A DNA stretch of 63,587 bases, filler included, from Choristocarpus tenellus KU-1152 (lineage: Eukaryota; Protista; Phaeophyceae): NCBI GenBank assembly GCA_964200185.2. It is 10 parts of 10 records of this genome, joined end to end, with 100 filler letters (N's around TTAATTAATTAA, not from the genome) between each part and the next. Parts side by side here need not be neighbours in the genome. Positions count along the whole stretch, not along the records: positions 20,028 to 40,248 come from CAXNAD020000409.1; positions 40,349 to 43,032 come from CAXNAD020025678.1; 8 more parts are not named here. One strand, 5' to 3'. Numbering within the stretch: position 1 is the first letter of the stretch; every line of letters begins with the position of its first letter. The notes under the pieces were generated by a model that ran no database searches, had not been told where the DNA came from, and saw nothing but the letters and a program-made list of their open reading frames with translations. A program made the translations under genes and the position numbers. Shown in pieces: positions 29,001 through 40,800 of this stretch.

Positions 29001-32000
29001 TGCAATTATCAGTGCAATTATCAGTGCAATTATCAGTGCAATTATCAGTGCAATTATCAGTGATAAAATGTCACATGCACATACAAGCACTGCCTATGCC
29101 ACTCAATTGTGTGTTTTATCAGGTGCTATGTATGGAATTCTTGGAGGGTATCAAGATAAGTGAGGTGGACAAGATAGAAGCTGCCAACATTGATCGAGAA
29201 CTATTAGCTAAGAGAACTGCAGAGTGCTACCTGGCACAGCTTTGTCGACATGGGTTTTTTCACTGTGATCCTCACCCAGGTGAGTGTAAGCCTAACTCAG
29301 CCTACAACCTATCACTACTGGTAGGTAGGTCTTAAATATGTCCTGCAGCATGAGGTACACTATGAACTATTTCTGTTACTACTGGCATTTTTGTAGTTAA
29401 GATGCAATTTATGTGCCCTTGATAAGAAGAGCATTAGTTGACACGTGACAACCTGGGTTTTTGTTTGATTGTTATTGTTTTAACTACTAAAGTAGTTGTG
29501 AAGTTGGTTTGGTTTGTTTATTAATGTTTTCTTGCACACTATGTATGGTATGTTGAGTGTGGTATATTTAGTATGGTATATTTAGTATGGTATATTTAGT
29601 ATGGTATATTTAGTATGGTATATTTAGTATGGTATATTTAGTCTGGTATATTTAGTATGGTATATTTAGTCTGGTATATTTAGTCTGGTATATTTAGTCT
29701 GGTATATTTAGTCTGCCGTTACAGGATCGGTCAATCTTGACTTGCAGCAGTAGTGAATATATCAAACATCACATACCTTATCACATCTTTTGTTGATATC
29801 GGTGGTCATATCATATCACATTATCAATAGTCATATCACTACTAGATTACATACTCCTGACTGAAACCATGAACATGAATAGGAAAACAAATAATCCCCT
29901 TTGGCTGATTGATTACATTCATGGCATTCACAACATCAATAACATTTTCAAGGTAATTTGGCTGATTGATTACATTCTAGGCATTCACAACATTAATAAC
30001 ATTTTCAAGGTAATTTGGCTTGCGATGGTGTTGATGGTGGGCGTATAATCTTTTATGACTTTGGCATGATGGACGAGCTGTCACTCCCTCTAAAGCGGGG
30101 CCTGGTGAACCTGATCTTTGGTATATATGGCAATGATGTCATTGAGGTGTGTGACTCTCTTGAGGAGATGGACATCATTCGAAAGGTGAGATGAGAGATA
30201 CTTTAGATGTTTGAGATGCATGTGCTATTCATAGTCACCCTCTTTATTCCTCTTTGTACTATTTTTTTTATTTGAAGTTTATTTTTTGTGAGACAACGTT
30301 GATCGGAATAATAATAAAATTGAATTTTTTGTATATATGTATATATATGTACGTATGTATATTGGTCTTCTTTTATGAAGATGAATAGCTCTGTGCTGGT
30401 TGATTTGTAGTGTTTGATTTGACAACTGGATTGTTACCATTATAAAGAGGACTGATCTCATTGTTTGTGATGTTTGATTTGACAACTGGATTGTTACCAT
30501 TATAAAGAGGACTGATCTCATTGTTTGTAGTGTTTGATTTGACAACTGGATTGTTACCATTATAAAGAGGACTGATCTAATTGTTTGCGATGTGTGGTGT
30601 GTTCTGTGATTTGATGGTTAATTGAAACTGAATTGGTTGGTCCTGTTTGTATCCTCCACTGTTGCCTTTTCTCATCGTGCTCTTTTTTGGTATAGCTCTC
30701 ACTCAGTTTACGTTTCCTGTGAAGAGATACAGGTTAGGGTTATTAAAAGGTTAGTTTTTACAGTGGTGATCGTATTGATTTGTTATAGTCTTTTACTCAA
30801 TATTCAGCATCTGCATTCCAGTCAAATTCCACAGGAGTATCTTGTGCATTTTCTTGTCATTTCATTTTTGAAGTAGAGGTGATGAATTACTCTTCACTTG
30901 CTTTTCTGAACTTGTACACCAACCACAGTCATTGCACTCTATTTAGTTTATTTCTATTTTAAATCTTTGATGATTGATGATTGATGATTGATTATTGAAA
31001 TACCCACCCCATATCAATCAAATATCAGAAGATAGTGTTCCGGTGATTATGTATGATGTGCTATATACCAGCACTACTAGGTACAAGTGGAATAAACAGT
31101 TTGGGGGCGTCAGTATAGGGAAGTGTATGTATGTATGTATGTATGTATGTATGTATGTATGTATGTATGTATGTATGTATGTATGTATATATTTATGCAA
31201 TTTTCATTTTTCTTTTTTTTACATTTTGTTTGTTTTTACATTCTCTGGTGTAATAGTTTTCTTCCCCGTTACTCAAGAAGTAATTGACTTGTGTGTTTAG
31301 ACTTTGGTTTCTATTGCTCCCAAATTTGTTTGTTCCATGGGGCCTGACACGCATACGTTTTCACTGTCATGCAGGTGTATTGTCCATTGTGTGCATGGCA
31401 TGGCCAACTTGAATCTGTTTGCAGTAAAGCGTTCTAACCTGCATCATTATTGGTTACCATTATTGGTTACCATGCCAGACCTCTACGCTTACCTTCCTCA
31501 GCTTGCTTTGCATCATTATTGGTTACCCTTCATATGAAAGACGATTTTATCCAACAAAGTGCAGGTCTCTGTTGACATTGTAGTGTGATGTTACTTGTTG
31601 ATGTGGTGTGACAGGGTACTGATCGTATCACTGTTGAAAGGGTCACAAGATTCTACCTTGGAGAGTTTCAACATACCCTCAAGTCAGGTGGGAAGTACAT
31701 CAATCAACTGGACTCAGAGGAGGAGCGCAAACTGGCAAGGTATAGTGTTGGCCTTGATTTCAAGTAACTACTATCTGATACTAGTATTTATGTATCACTT
31801 CATCAAAGTGTTGAAGGAGTATATTTGAGTTTGATATTGTGAAGATGACAGCTGGTAATATAGATTTCAATTTTTATAGTGTTTTTTGTGTTCTAACTGT
31901 TAACCTTAGGTTTGATACCCCTCAAGAACAATACAAAAATGTGATAACTATGGTAATAGCTGTGTATAGAGTTTTAAAGATTTGTAGCGTAGTGTCACCT

Positions 32001-33424
32001 GATATTCCTGATGCACTCTGTAGCATATATTTGTTTTAAGTTTACTGGGTGTAATGATGCGCTGTTTTTTATTCTACTACTAGCAAATTGTTGATTTGGT
32101 CAGAAAAGTATGCGGCAGTAGAGTTCTGTCAGAAATAGATGGAAGAAAGGATGCACAAGAAATTTTTCAGGTACAAAATAGTATCAAGTATCAAGTAGTT
32201 CCTAAGTGTTGAATGCGTTGGTCTCTAGCAGCTACATTGTGTGCTGTGTGGAATGGAGTGACTTTTAGGGTATGTATATCAGTTTACTTAGCAAGCATTG
32301 AAAGGTTCAAGGTGAGGAAGGACCTATTTTTCTTTTACCTATTTTTCTTTTTTTTTCTTTTCCGTTGAATTAATGATTTAATTTGAAGTTGCTACAAATA
32401 TAAAAAAAACATGCTCCATGACTTTTGTACACCTTACTCTAACCAGAGGATATGCATGGTCTTTGCTGCACTTGCTTACAACAGTATTAATATTGATAAA
32501 ATATCATATAAATAATAAAATACTTCAATTCCAACTGGATTATGCTATTGTGATGCTTCCCCTTACCATGGTTGGACCAAACAGTTAACAAAGGTACCAA
32601 TTGCTTGTGATATTACTGTTAATATTATTGTGAATATTAATGTTATATTTTTTTTGTTGCAGACGAGAGCGAGCGCAGATTGGTCAAGACCTATTCTCAG
32701 GATCTGCCTCAGTCCCTGTGCAGTTCCCAGCATGCTTTACATTTGTATTCAGGGCATTCACTACCCTGGATGGCATTGGTAAGACGCTGGACCCACGGTA
32801 TGACCTGACCAAGATTGCATCTCCTTACCTGAAAGAACTGCTGGACTTGAAGGATGGAAACACTTACGTGTCAGTTTTTAAGACATGGGCGAAAAGGCTA
32901 GGTAAGTTATTGATTTTCTGATTGGTTACAATTCTTGTTAGGTTTATTGGTGTTTTGAGTGTGGGAGGGAGGGTCTGAACTCTGTCACAAACTCTCAGAA
33001 ATTTCATCAATATTCCTGCATGTCACTTTAACCCATATTGTATTGTGTAACACATATTTTGCTTGGTCTAGGATGGAGGGGACAAGACATTGCAAGCGTT
33101 GTGCAGAGCCCAAGGCGTGTTCAGCATGTTGACAGTGTGGTTACCAAACTGGAGCGGGGTGACCTCAAGCTTAGAGTTAGGGTTCTTGAGTCGGAGGCTG
33201 CTTTTGCACGCATGGAGGCTCTGCAGGGTAGCCTATCAGCTGCAATGATTGCAACACTGTTTCTGAATGTGGGAGTCTTGTTGACCTCTAGAGCAGTGCC
33301 TTCCATTATGGCTGCCAGAGCTATGTTTGCGCTTTCTGGTTTGTTTGGGATACAGGTGCCTTTTGGATATTTCCGAATTTGGCAAATGAAACAGCAGGAG
33401 CAGAATGCAAGAGGTTTCCGGTGA
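23029..33424 (+). CDS. Plastid ABC1 atypical kinase (UbiB family), ABC1K7/ABC1K8 (SIA1/OSA1)-like, complete, 755 aa
   Basis: Ten phase-compatible exons: 23029-23165, 23316-23901, 24500-24688, 25827-25975, 27326-27482, 29123-29279, 30010-30185, 31615-31739, 32663-32901, 33072-33424 (2268 nt). Motifs are [10 protein letters not shown] (KxGQ), [36 protein letters not shown] and [16 protein letters not shown], plus C-terminal hydrophobic segments. The N-terminus is a signal peptide followed by SGF/SAF, as in bipartite plastid-targeting presequences. Confidence 0.95.
26074..26225. repeat. (ATATC)n/(AT) degenerate microsatellite in ABC1K intron 4
   Basis: Visible ATATC and ATATATATC units. Confidence 0.9.
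28918..29062. repeat. 12-bp minisatellite x12
   Basis: Unit GCAATTAYCAGT, ending about 60 nt upstream of the exon 6 acceptor. Confidence 0.92.
29560..29715. repeat. 14-bp minisatellite x11
   Basis: Unit TGGTATATTTAGTM. Confidence 0.92.
29901..30020 (+). repeat. 57-bp tandem duplication spanning the 3' splice site of ABC1K exon 7
   Basis: Two copies (29901-29957 and 29958-30014) with 3 mismatches, bounded by TTGGCT microhomology. Each contains TTTTCAAG|GTAAT. Confidence 0.9.
30404..30592. repeat. 60-bp minisatellite x3
   Basis: Unit TGTTTGATTTGACAACTGGATTGTTACCATTATAAAGAGGACTGATCTCATTGTTTG... Confidence 0.92.
31125..31188. repeat. (GTAT)n microsatellite
   Basis: About 16 tetranucleotide units. 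Confidence 0.92.
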
Positions 33425-36400
33425 CAGGACAGGGTTATTAGAATTTGGGCAGTGTAGAGCTTACCTTCAAACAGTGTACACCTATAAATAGCAATATGTT
33501 GACACTGTTACTGTCTGTCTGCATGATTTGTTTTGTACCATTTGATGGGGAGTTCTTTCCTGTCATGGGTAGTATTGTTGTAACTGCTGCATTTCCCCCT
33601 GCCCCAGCTGTAGAGGTTCTATAAAGTGTGTGAGGTCTGTCGCAAATACAGTGCTACTCTCTCTCCATGATGAGGTGCCATCATTTTTTGCCATGGAGGC
33701 TATCACATCAATGCAAGATGTTAACTCACTGCTCTAGTTGCATGTTAGTTTCCCAAGGTTTGCCTTTTAACTGGGTAGAATACTTGAGGATTGAAGGTCG
33801 TGTCTTATTGTGGTTTCTGTCACAGACCCTTCATTCAGGTTCGAAAACTGTGGAGTGTAGTACTAGCTACAGAAAAAACACCAGAATTGCTGTCAGGAGT
33901 TGAATAATTACTAATTGACTCATGTCAACCCCCGACCATAATGTTAGAATAAGCACCTTCCATTACACATGATAATATTAATACATGATTACAGAACTAG
34001 ATGTGTAGCTAGGTACCTTCCTTATTGGGGTCTATTGTGTAGCCCCATATGGGCACTTAGAGGACTAAAAAAATGGAGACAAAGGACTCACAATACGCCA
34101 CAAGCTATAACCACCTCCTATGGTTCCAACCCTCGTGGGTCGTCTGCCCCTGGCTACAACTACCTGTAACCTGTGGTATTGTCATCCTTCGACCCCCAAC
34201 AGTCTTGTGCAGCCTGCCCCATGGCAGAGACCTCTACAATCGATGTTTTGTTCTCCTCTGGAGTATTTTAACGGTTTACCTTTGGAGACAAGCGTTTACG
34301 ATAGAGTTATGGTTTTTTGGTGCATGGCACGGTATGACCACACACCAGCAGTTGGAGGTGTATATCAAATTTTTTTACTTGTAGCGGTAAATATCATAAC
34401 GCCATACTACTTTGCCCAAAACTATCTACTTAGATTGTGGAGACCAGGAACTTCTCAGATCATTTTGTGCACAAGTTGCACCAAGAATTTCGTAGAGGAT
34501 AGCAGAAACTCGTGATACCAGCAACCTAACATTGTTGCTTCTGTATAAACTTGTGTATAATATCAATAAGTCAATGCACAGGAAGACATCTCTCCTTCTT
34601 ACGTCATTAGGCTGCTGTCCTATCACGTTTTACTTCCAGAATCTAGAGGTGATAGCATCCCTGCAAAGTCAAAACAGTAATAGTTCGAAGTACCATACAT
34701 TCTTGGACGTCTTAGCTAAATAGCTACTGGAACGGCTGATGTCCATGTAGGGGAGAAATGTCATTCTATACTACACTGGGAGTTTGTACGCATGTGACTT
34801 GCAGCCTAGCTTTTGGGTTCTGCAATTTGAGCTTGCAATACACTTCTTGTGGCAACCTTAAGTCCTAATCTCCCTGGTGTTGCAAACTCTTTCATTAGTC
34901 ACTAGGCCTCCAATAGTAGTTGGGTGGAGAATAAGTCCAATGTTATCACAATATATCAGTATCAAGTAGAGGGGTGTCTTCGGAGTAGAGCTAGTGCCTG
35001 ATTGTTTACACCCTGCATATCTTGTCATCACATTGATTACTTGTAGATATGTCACCTCTCCCTTTTACAGGCCACAACCACTTTATAGATTTTCTTACAC
35101 TCAAGATCCGCTTTCCCAAACCAAGGAATCTCACCATACCTGCAAGGTCTACACATCCTTTTCTTTTCTTTCTCTCCTCAGTCGCCATCAAGTGGATGGA
35201 GCTGTCTCCCAGTTCCAACGTAGGAATCTGTGGCTCCTTTCTTGTGGAAGGGGATGATCAGTACTATGTACTACTATAGTAGTCACCTGACCCTTCCCCA
35301 AGATCCTAGAGTGGGCTGCTATACCCTTGACACTATCCTACAAGCTAGGAGTGGCCTACCTCTGAAGCAGCATCTCCCAACTCTTTCTGTGCCCTAGTCT
35401 TAAAACCTCAACCATTAAGATGAATAGGTCCATAGGGGAGAGCACTCATAACTCTACCTCCTCAAAAGATAGTTACCGCCCTTCCACAGACACTGACTAT
35501 TACCGCCAATCAACGTGTATCCATGGTCATAGGTTCAACTTCCTAACACCAATATTGGTACAGTAATGTTGAAAATATACCCTATCTCTGAATAGCCCCA
35601 AGCACACATGCACGTTGGACCAAAAAATGTTTTCTTGCACAGAACCATGAGTGTTGTCACTGACAGTCACTTCTTCTAAGTCCTATACTCAGGAGTATTT
35701 CATCACTTTGGAGTAGCCCATAGACCTTGCAATCGAGTCACTTTTTTCTATCATTATCAGTCAGAACAGAATATGTGATTTAAAGCATGGCAGTGTATAC
35801 ACTTTCAACACATGTTTAATTTCATGCAAGTATTCTTGCGAAAGTGATTCTGACCCTCCTACCTCCTACTAAATATTATGTTCTTTGACCCTTCCCAAAC
35901 ACCTACTGAGACTTTGGTTACTATACATGCTTACACATTTTTTTGTTAGGTTGGTGAGGTTTAGTAATTTTTTGGAGAGTTTTGTCGTAGGGTCGTTTAG
36001 CTGCTCAATCCCTTGTACCATAATCAAATACATTGTGTCATTGTTGGTTGCTGCTCGAGATATACTCCAGCAACTCCCTAAGTTCCAGATGATCCTATAC
36101 TTTGTACTAATATTTGTTCAAATTCCTATATACTCAAAATATTAATTTCAAGAGTCATTGTATGAACTTACACCATCAAGTCATTGGTTTTCTGGTCGCT
36201 TGTCAGTCGTGATATGAGGTTACACCCTTTAGGTTGCGCCGTCCTATACTTTATACTAGTTTGTTTGTTCATATACCTACACATACATTCCTCGAGACAA
36301 TTTGTTCAATGTCATTCCATGAACCTACACACACCTTCACGCCATCCTTCCCCTCTTCTCTGCCTGCTCTCGATTCAAGGCTGGAACCGGGGGACATGGC

Positions 36401-36910
36401 TGGACAAACCTTGGTCATTGTAATTCCCTGGACAAAATAATGGCATTGATATATTACTAACATCACCATGGATTATAGTGAACTCATCATGCGATGTTTT
36501 GAACAAGGGTGAGGAATTTTGGGGTTGACAATTTGGACCAATTTATAATTTATTGCAAATCTATCACTCATCGAGTATTTTCGTTCGTGTCCAGGAGTTG
36601 TTGTGGGGTGTGCGTTCAATTATTGGTTCGTCCTGTTTCCTAGTTCCTAGTTTGATGTATGTTCTGCGCTACATCATGTTAATTGTACAAACACTATCAT
36701 GTAAGAAGAATATGTCTTCTAATATATTACAATACAACAGGCAGTATTAATATAAATATTTTACCACTATTCTGAAATCAACGCCTTCGATGAGATAAAA
36801 ACCTTTTGATACCAACAAGGTTCGTTGTTGCGTCTGGTTTTTCAGCTCGTTTTTAGAGACAAAAAGTTGCAGTTAAAAGGTCCGACCTTGGGGTTGGGCG
36901 GACTTGAAGC

Positions 36911-39280
36911 ATGTCGGAAACTCTGCTCTCGGGTGAAACTCCCATCGCGGCGCAAGAAGGGGAATGGAACATATACAGCCGTCAGACCGAGGGGGGTATA
37001 CATGTCAAGTTCTCAGAGGTAGACTGGAATGCGCTTGTGCACGCTGGGGGTTTTCTTGACAAGGAAGAGGTGAGGTACAATTGCAGGTGTATGCGCTCTT
37101 ATATGGATCCCGGAAAGCAGTGTTTCATTTGTACTACCAAAATTCTTGCATTTGTCTTTGCGTGGCTTGATGATGTTGCCGTGGAACTTGCTTTGGTCTG
37201 CAAGGAAATGGACGGGTAGGTTGGCGTGTGGCCTGGTTGACCAAGGAGACATTTTGCATGAGGAAATTTCGATTGATATGGAAAAATTCCGTGATCTCCT
37301 TTGCTCGTCCGAAGAGGGGACTTGTGACATCGACGAGCGGGTGCCATTTCTTGTGTGTGGGAAGAGCCATCCTATGACCGAGTTTATTTGCTGTCCCACT
37401 GAAAAAGAAGGAAACGCAACGTACAGAGCTAAGTCCTGCCTTGAGATTAGAGTAAAATAAAATACTGGCTGAGGTTTTTTTCACCCCATAAGATGTCAAG
37501 TGTAGAAGACTTCTTGTTTATGGAAATAAAAAACATTACCCTAACCTGTTACTGACTGGAGTGAGTGCGTCGGACTCCTGGACCGCTTCAAAGCCCTAGG
37601 TGGGAGTGGCCCGTCCACTTCCCTAAGGATGCTACATGAAATTCCTGACCCTTTCCTCAACCTCTTGTTGGAACTTGTTGATCGATGTAGGTTGAGCTGC
37701 TGAAAGTCAGTGACGAGGCCCCTATCGATAGCGTACTTCACGATGCAGAGAAGGCTCGAAAGTATGTCGGGGTGCTAGTCAAGATAATGATGAATATCAC
37801 AAGTGACAGCAAAGCGCAGCACTATGCGATCTCAAGGTGCGCTTCCTCGGGAAAACTTGTTCATGTGGTTGGAAGGCGGTTATGGTTATGGCGGATGATG
37901 AGCCTGAAGTGCTTCTCTGTTCAAGAACTTGATTGCTATTTCCTTCACATTCCATAGTTCATACACCATGTGTAGTATCCTATGTGCTTCTTTGCGTATG
38001 TGTTGCCTATGGTTGGTGTTCTCTTCTGCATACAGTATTAAATGCATGCATCAACAGGCAAAATACTTCCAAATAATTGGTCATTTTCCTTGTGGGGTGC
38101 TGGGGTGGTCAGGGTGGATGATGTTGTTGCAGAGGACCCTGTGCAGCACTGCCGTCTCTTCTGCAAGGAAGAAGATAACACTCTTGACCAAACTCCTTTC
38201 ATGCGTGTTATTGATAGTGGGGATGCAGCTGCCAAGCAGGTTGCCAGTGTAGTGCTGGCTCTCCTTATTGTGGTAAGAAACATTATTTTTAATAGTGTTC
38301 TATCTTCACTTAACCCTTCAATTAATGTTCTTCTTGACTCTGTGGGTGCTGTCTCCTTTCCTGCTGCCTCATAATGTCATGCTGACCTATGTCATAGATT
38401 TTTTCAGTATTTTACTATCATCATCATCATCATCATTATCATCATCATTATTATTTAGGAATACAACTGATTCTTTTGCCTTATAATATGGTAACTTTCT
38501 TAGAGATTGTGATAACTTAAGGAATAGGATTGGGTTAGAGTTAGGGTTAGAATTTTGATAGACCATGGCTGTGATTCAATCGGCTGACAGCATTCTAACA
38601 TAATGTATAGGTTGAGGGTTAGGGTATCGATGTCTCAGCTTGTTCAGGAATGTGGCTACTTTTTCCTAGAATGTTACACCATCTCTTAATTATCTTTTGG
38701 GAGAAGATCATTGGAGTTGTCTTTTTGACTTGTACCAAGAATATTGATATCAATGCTCATATTGGACAGCGCCAGGGCTAGAGTTAGTGTTGTTTTTTGT
38801 TTCTATGTTTTGAGTTAGGGTTAGGGTTAGGGTTAGGGTTAGGGTTAGGGTCAAGATGTGTTCCATAAAAGAAACTAAGAAACATGTATTCCATGATTAT
38901 TCTCAGAGCAGTTTAAGGGTATGATGTAGTCTGATTGACAGGTTGATATGGAAGTGTGTCAAGAGTGTGTGATGTCATGGAAGGTGACTGTGTTAGTAAC
39001 ATCCTTCAAGTCAGCCCTCTGTGTGATACTAGCATTTGATATTTACTTTTTGCCCTGTATACTGCCTGCATCCTTGGGACTGAGTGAACAGCACCTCAAG
39101 GCTGACAGCAATGCCCTCCTTCAGTGGATTTCCAGCCAGCTCAGCAATGGAAGGGTCCAAAGTCTTAGGGTTAGGGGTGCGGTGCAGTCGTTGTGTGTAC
39201 TTCTCAGACTTGAACAAGCAAGGCTTTCCTTCTCTCAGCTTCGAGGGGTGGGTTTCCTAAACAAACTCCTGAGAATGCAG
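36911..39280 (+). CDS. ATP6V1H: V-type H+-ATPase V1 subunit H, 5' exons 1-4, partial
   Basis: Exons 36911-37069, 37691-37836, 38113-38272 and 39092-39280 give ...EVDWNALVHAGGFLDKEE|VELLK...KYVGVLVKIMMNITSD...HYAISR|VDDVVAED...PFMRVIDSGD...|LLQWISSQL...AVQSLCVLLRLEQARLSF...GVGFLNKLL. This is collinear with subunit H (VNWQSY...YILTMVDDML...WIKTQL...CLQLMLR). Exon 4 ends at a GC donor (CAG|GCAAGT). Confidence 0.85.
38815..38850 (+). repeat. Interstitial telomeric repeat (TTAGGG)6
   Basis: Six perfect units inside V-ATPase H intron 3. Confidence 0.95.
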
Positions 39281-40248
39281 GCAAGTCTCTCCTCTGAAAT
39301 TATCTTTAGTTCTGCTTGTATTGTGTGTTGTGATGGTGTGTATTGTGATAGCGTATGCATGAGATGATGTACACTGCACTCTACCTACTGTAGGCTATGT
39401 AGTGTCTTGCAATGTGTGCAGTATACCTTTGTGTATCTTTCTTATTTTGGCATTGAACAGTACTCCTATATCAGAAGATAGTGCTTCTTTGTCCACAACA
39501 AACTTTGTAAGGCAAGGATGATAAGGATGTTACGATTATGGCCTTTCTTTTTTTTTTGTATCATGAAAAGACCACCTTGTAGACATAAACAGTTGGGTAG
39601 TTCCTTGCTATTCTGCAGGTATCTACCTTCCATTTTTTACTTGATAGTTAGGGTTAGGGATGAGAAAGTGGAACCACAGGGTGGTGATGGCAATTTCATG
39701 TTATCAAGGGGGAAAAAAAAATAGTGTGAAAGGTAACCTTGAACATGAACATGTTAAAGTTTGATGTAGTTTGGTTGTCTTTAAGTTGCATTTATTCCAC
39801 TCCTGAAGATGACAGGGAAATGAACAAAAAAAAATGTCCAAATTTGGTTGGATACTGCAGGGGCTTGCATGGTATGTTGTCATACCATGTCTTTATTTGA
39901 TATTTTTGTGTGTTGGCATTAGGGTTAGTACTAGTGACACACAGTGTGTATTCCCTCATCAAAATATGCCTTGGAATGGAAGTGATCTCTATGATTGCTG
40001 CATTTTGAAGCACCCTCTTCTATCTCTCTCCCTCCCCGGTATGATGGTATGATTTATGGTATGATGGTATGATTTATGTATGTACTTTTTCACACACCTT
40101 AGAACCAATCTGTGAATACATTTTCAGCAACCAATTAAGCACCTACACTCAATTCTCTTATCCATCCAAACAATCAAACCATGTCGTCCCTCATCTTATC
40201 CCATGTAGTGCATCAGAGTACCTCGACTTGCCTCCCCCCCCCCCCCCC

Positions 40249-40348
40249 NNNNNNNNNNNNNNNNNNNNNNNNNNNNNNNNNNNNNNNNNNNNTTAATTAA
40301 TTAANNNNNNNNNNNNNNNNNNNNNNNNNNNNNNNNNNNNNNNNNNNN
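40249..40348. other. Artificial contig linker
   Basis: N44-TTAATTAATTAA-N44. Confidence 0.99.
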
Positions 40349-40800
40349 ATAAGAATACCAAAACCGTTACCGGCCCCCCCCGTGGGGGGGTCCGCCTGTC
40401 CTTAGGCTTAGTCGAGATCGCTTCCAAATCGTAGCGATGCCCTCTACAAAAAGTACCGTAATATTTGAACAAAAATATATCCGGACCCCGAAACATTTCC
40501 AAAAAAAGGTCATAAAAGGGGCCCTTCCAAAAAACCTTTCGGTACTTTTTAAAGACCGTTTTCGCAAAACAACCATCCTCATAGTCTCGCGCCTTCCTCA
40601 ATTTGAGGATCCCCTGTTATGTACAGTTTTCATTCGTTTCCCCCCTGACACATCTTCAAAATGTCAAAGGGCATAATAATAAAATATTGAGACATGAGAC
40701 ATTGACATCGTCCCGTATCTCTTTTGTTATCCTCCTATTTAGTGTGACAGTAGTCACTTACCGCGTGACAGTCTGTTTGGCGCACTTTTATCCCTGCGTA

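Noticed and set aside
28918-30592. Arrays that might look CRISPR-like (also 50074-50368)
   Set aside because: They are head-to-tail units without unique spacers, lie inside eukaryotic introns, and have no cas genes nearby.
37146-37460. 104-aa ORF inside V-ATPase H intron 1
   Set aside because: No recognisable motif, and the flanking exons join in frame without it.
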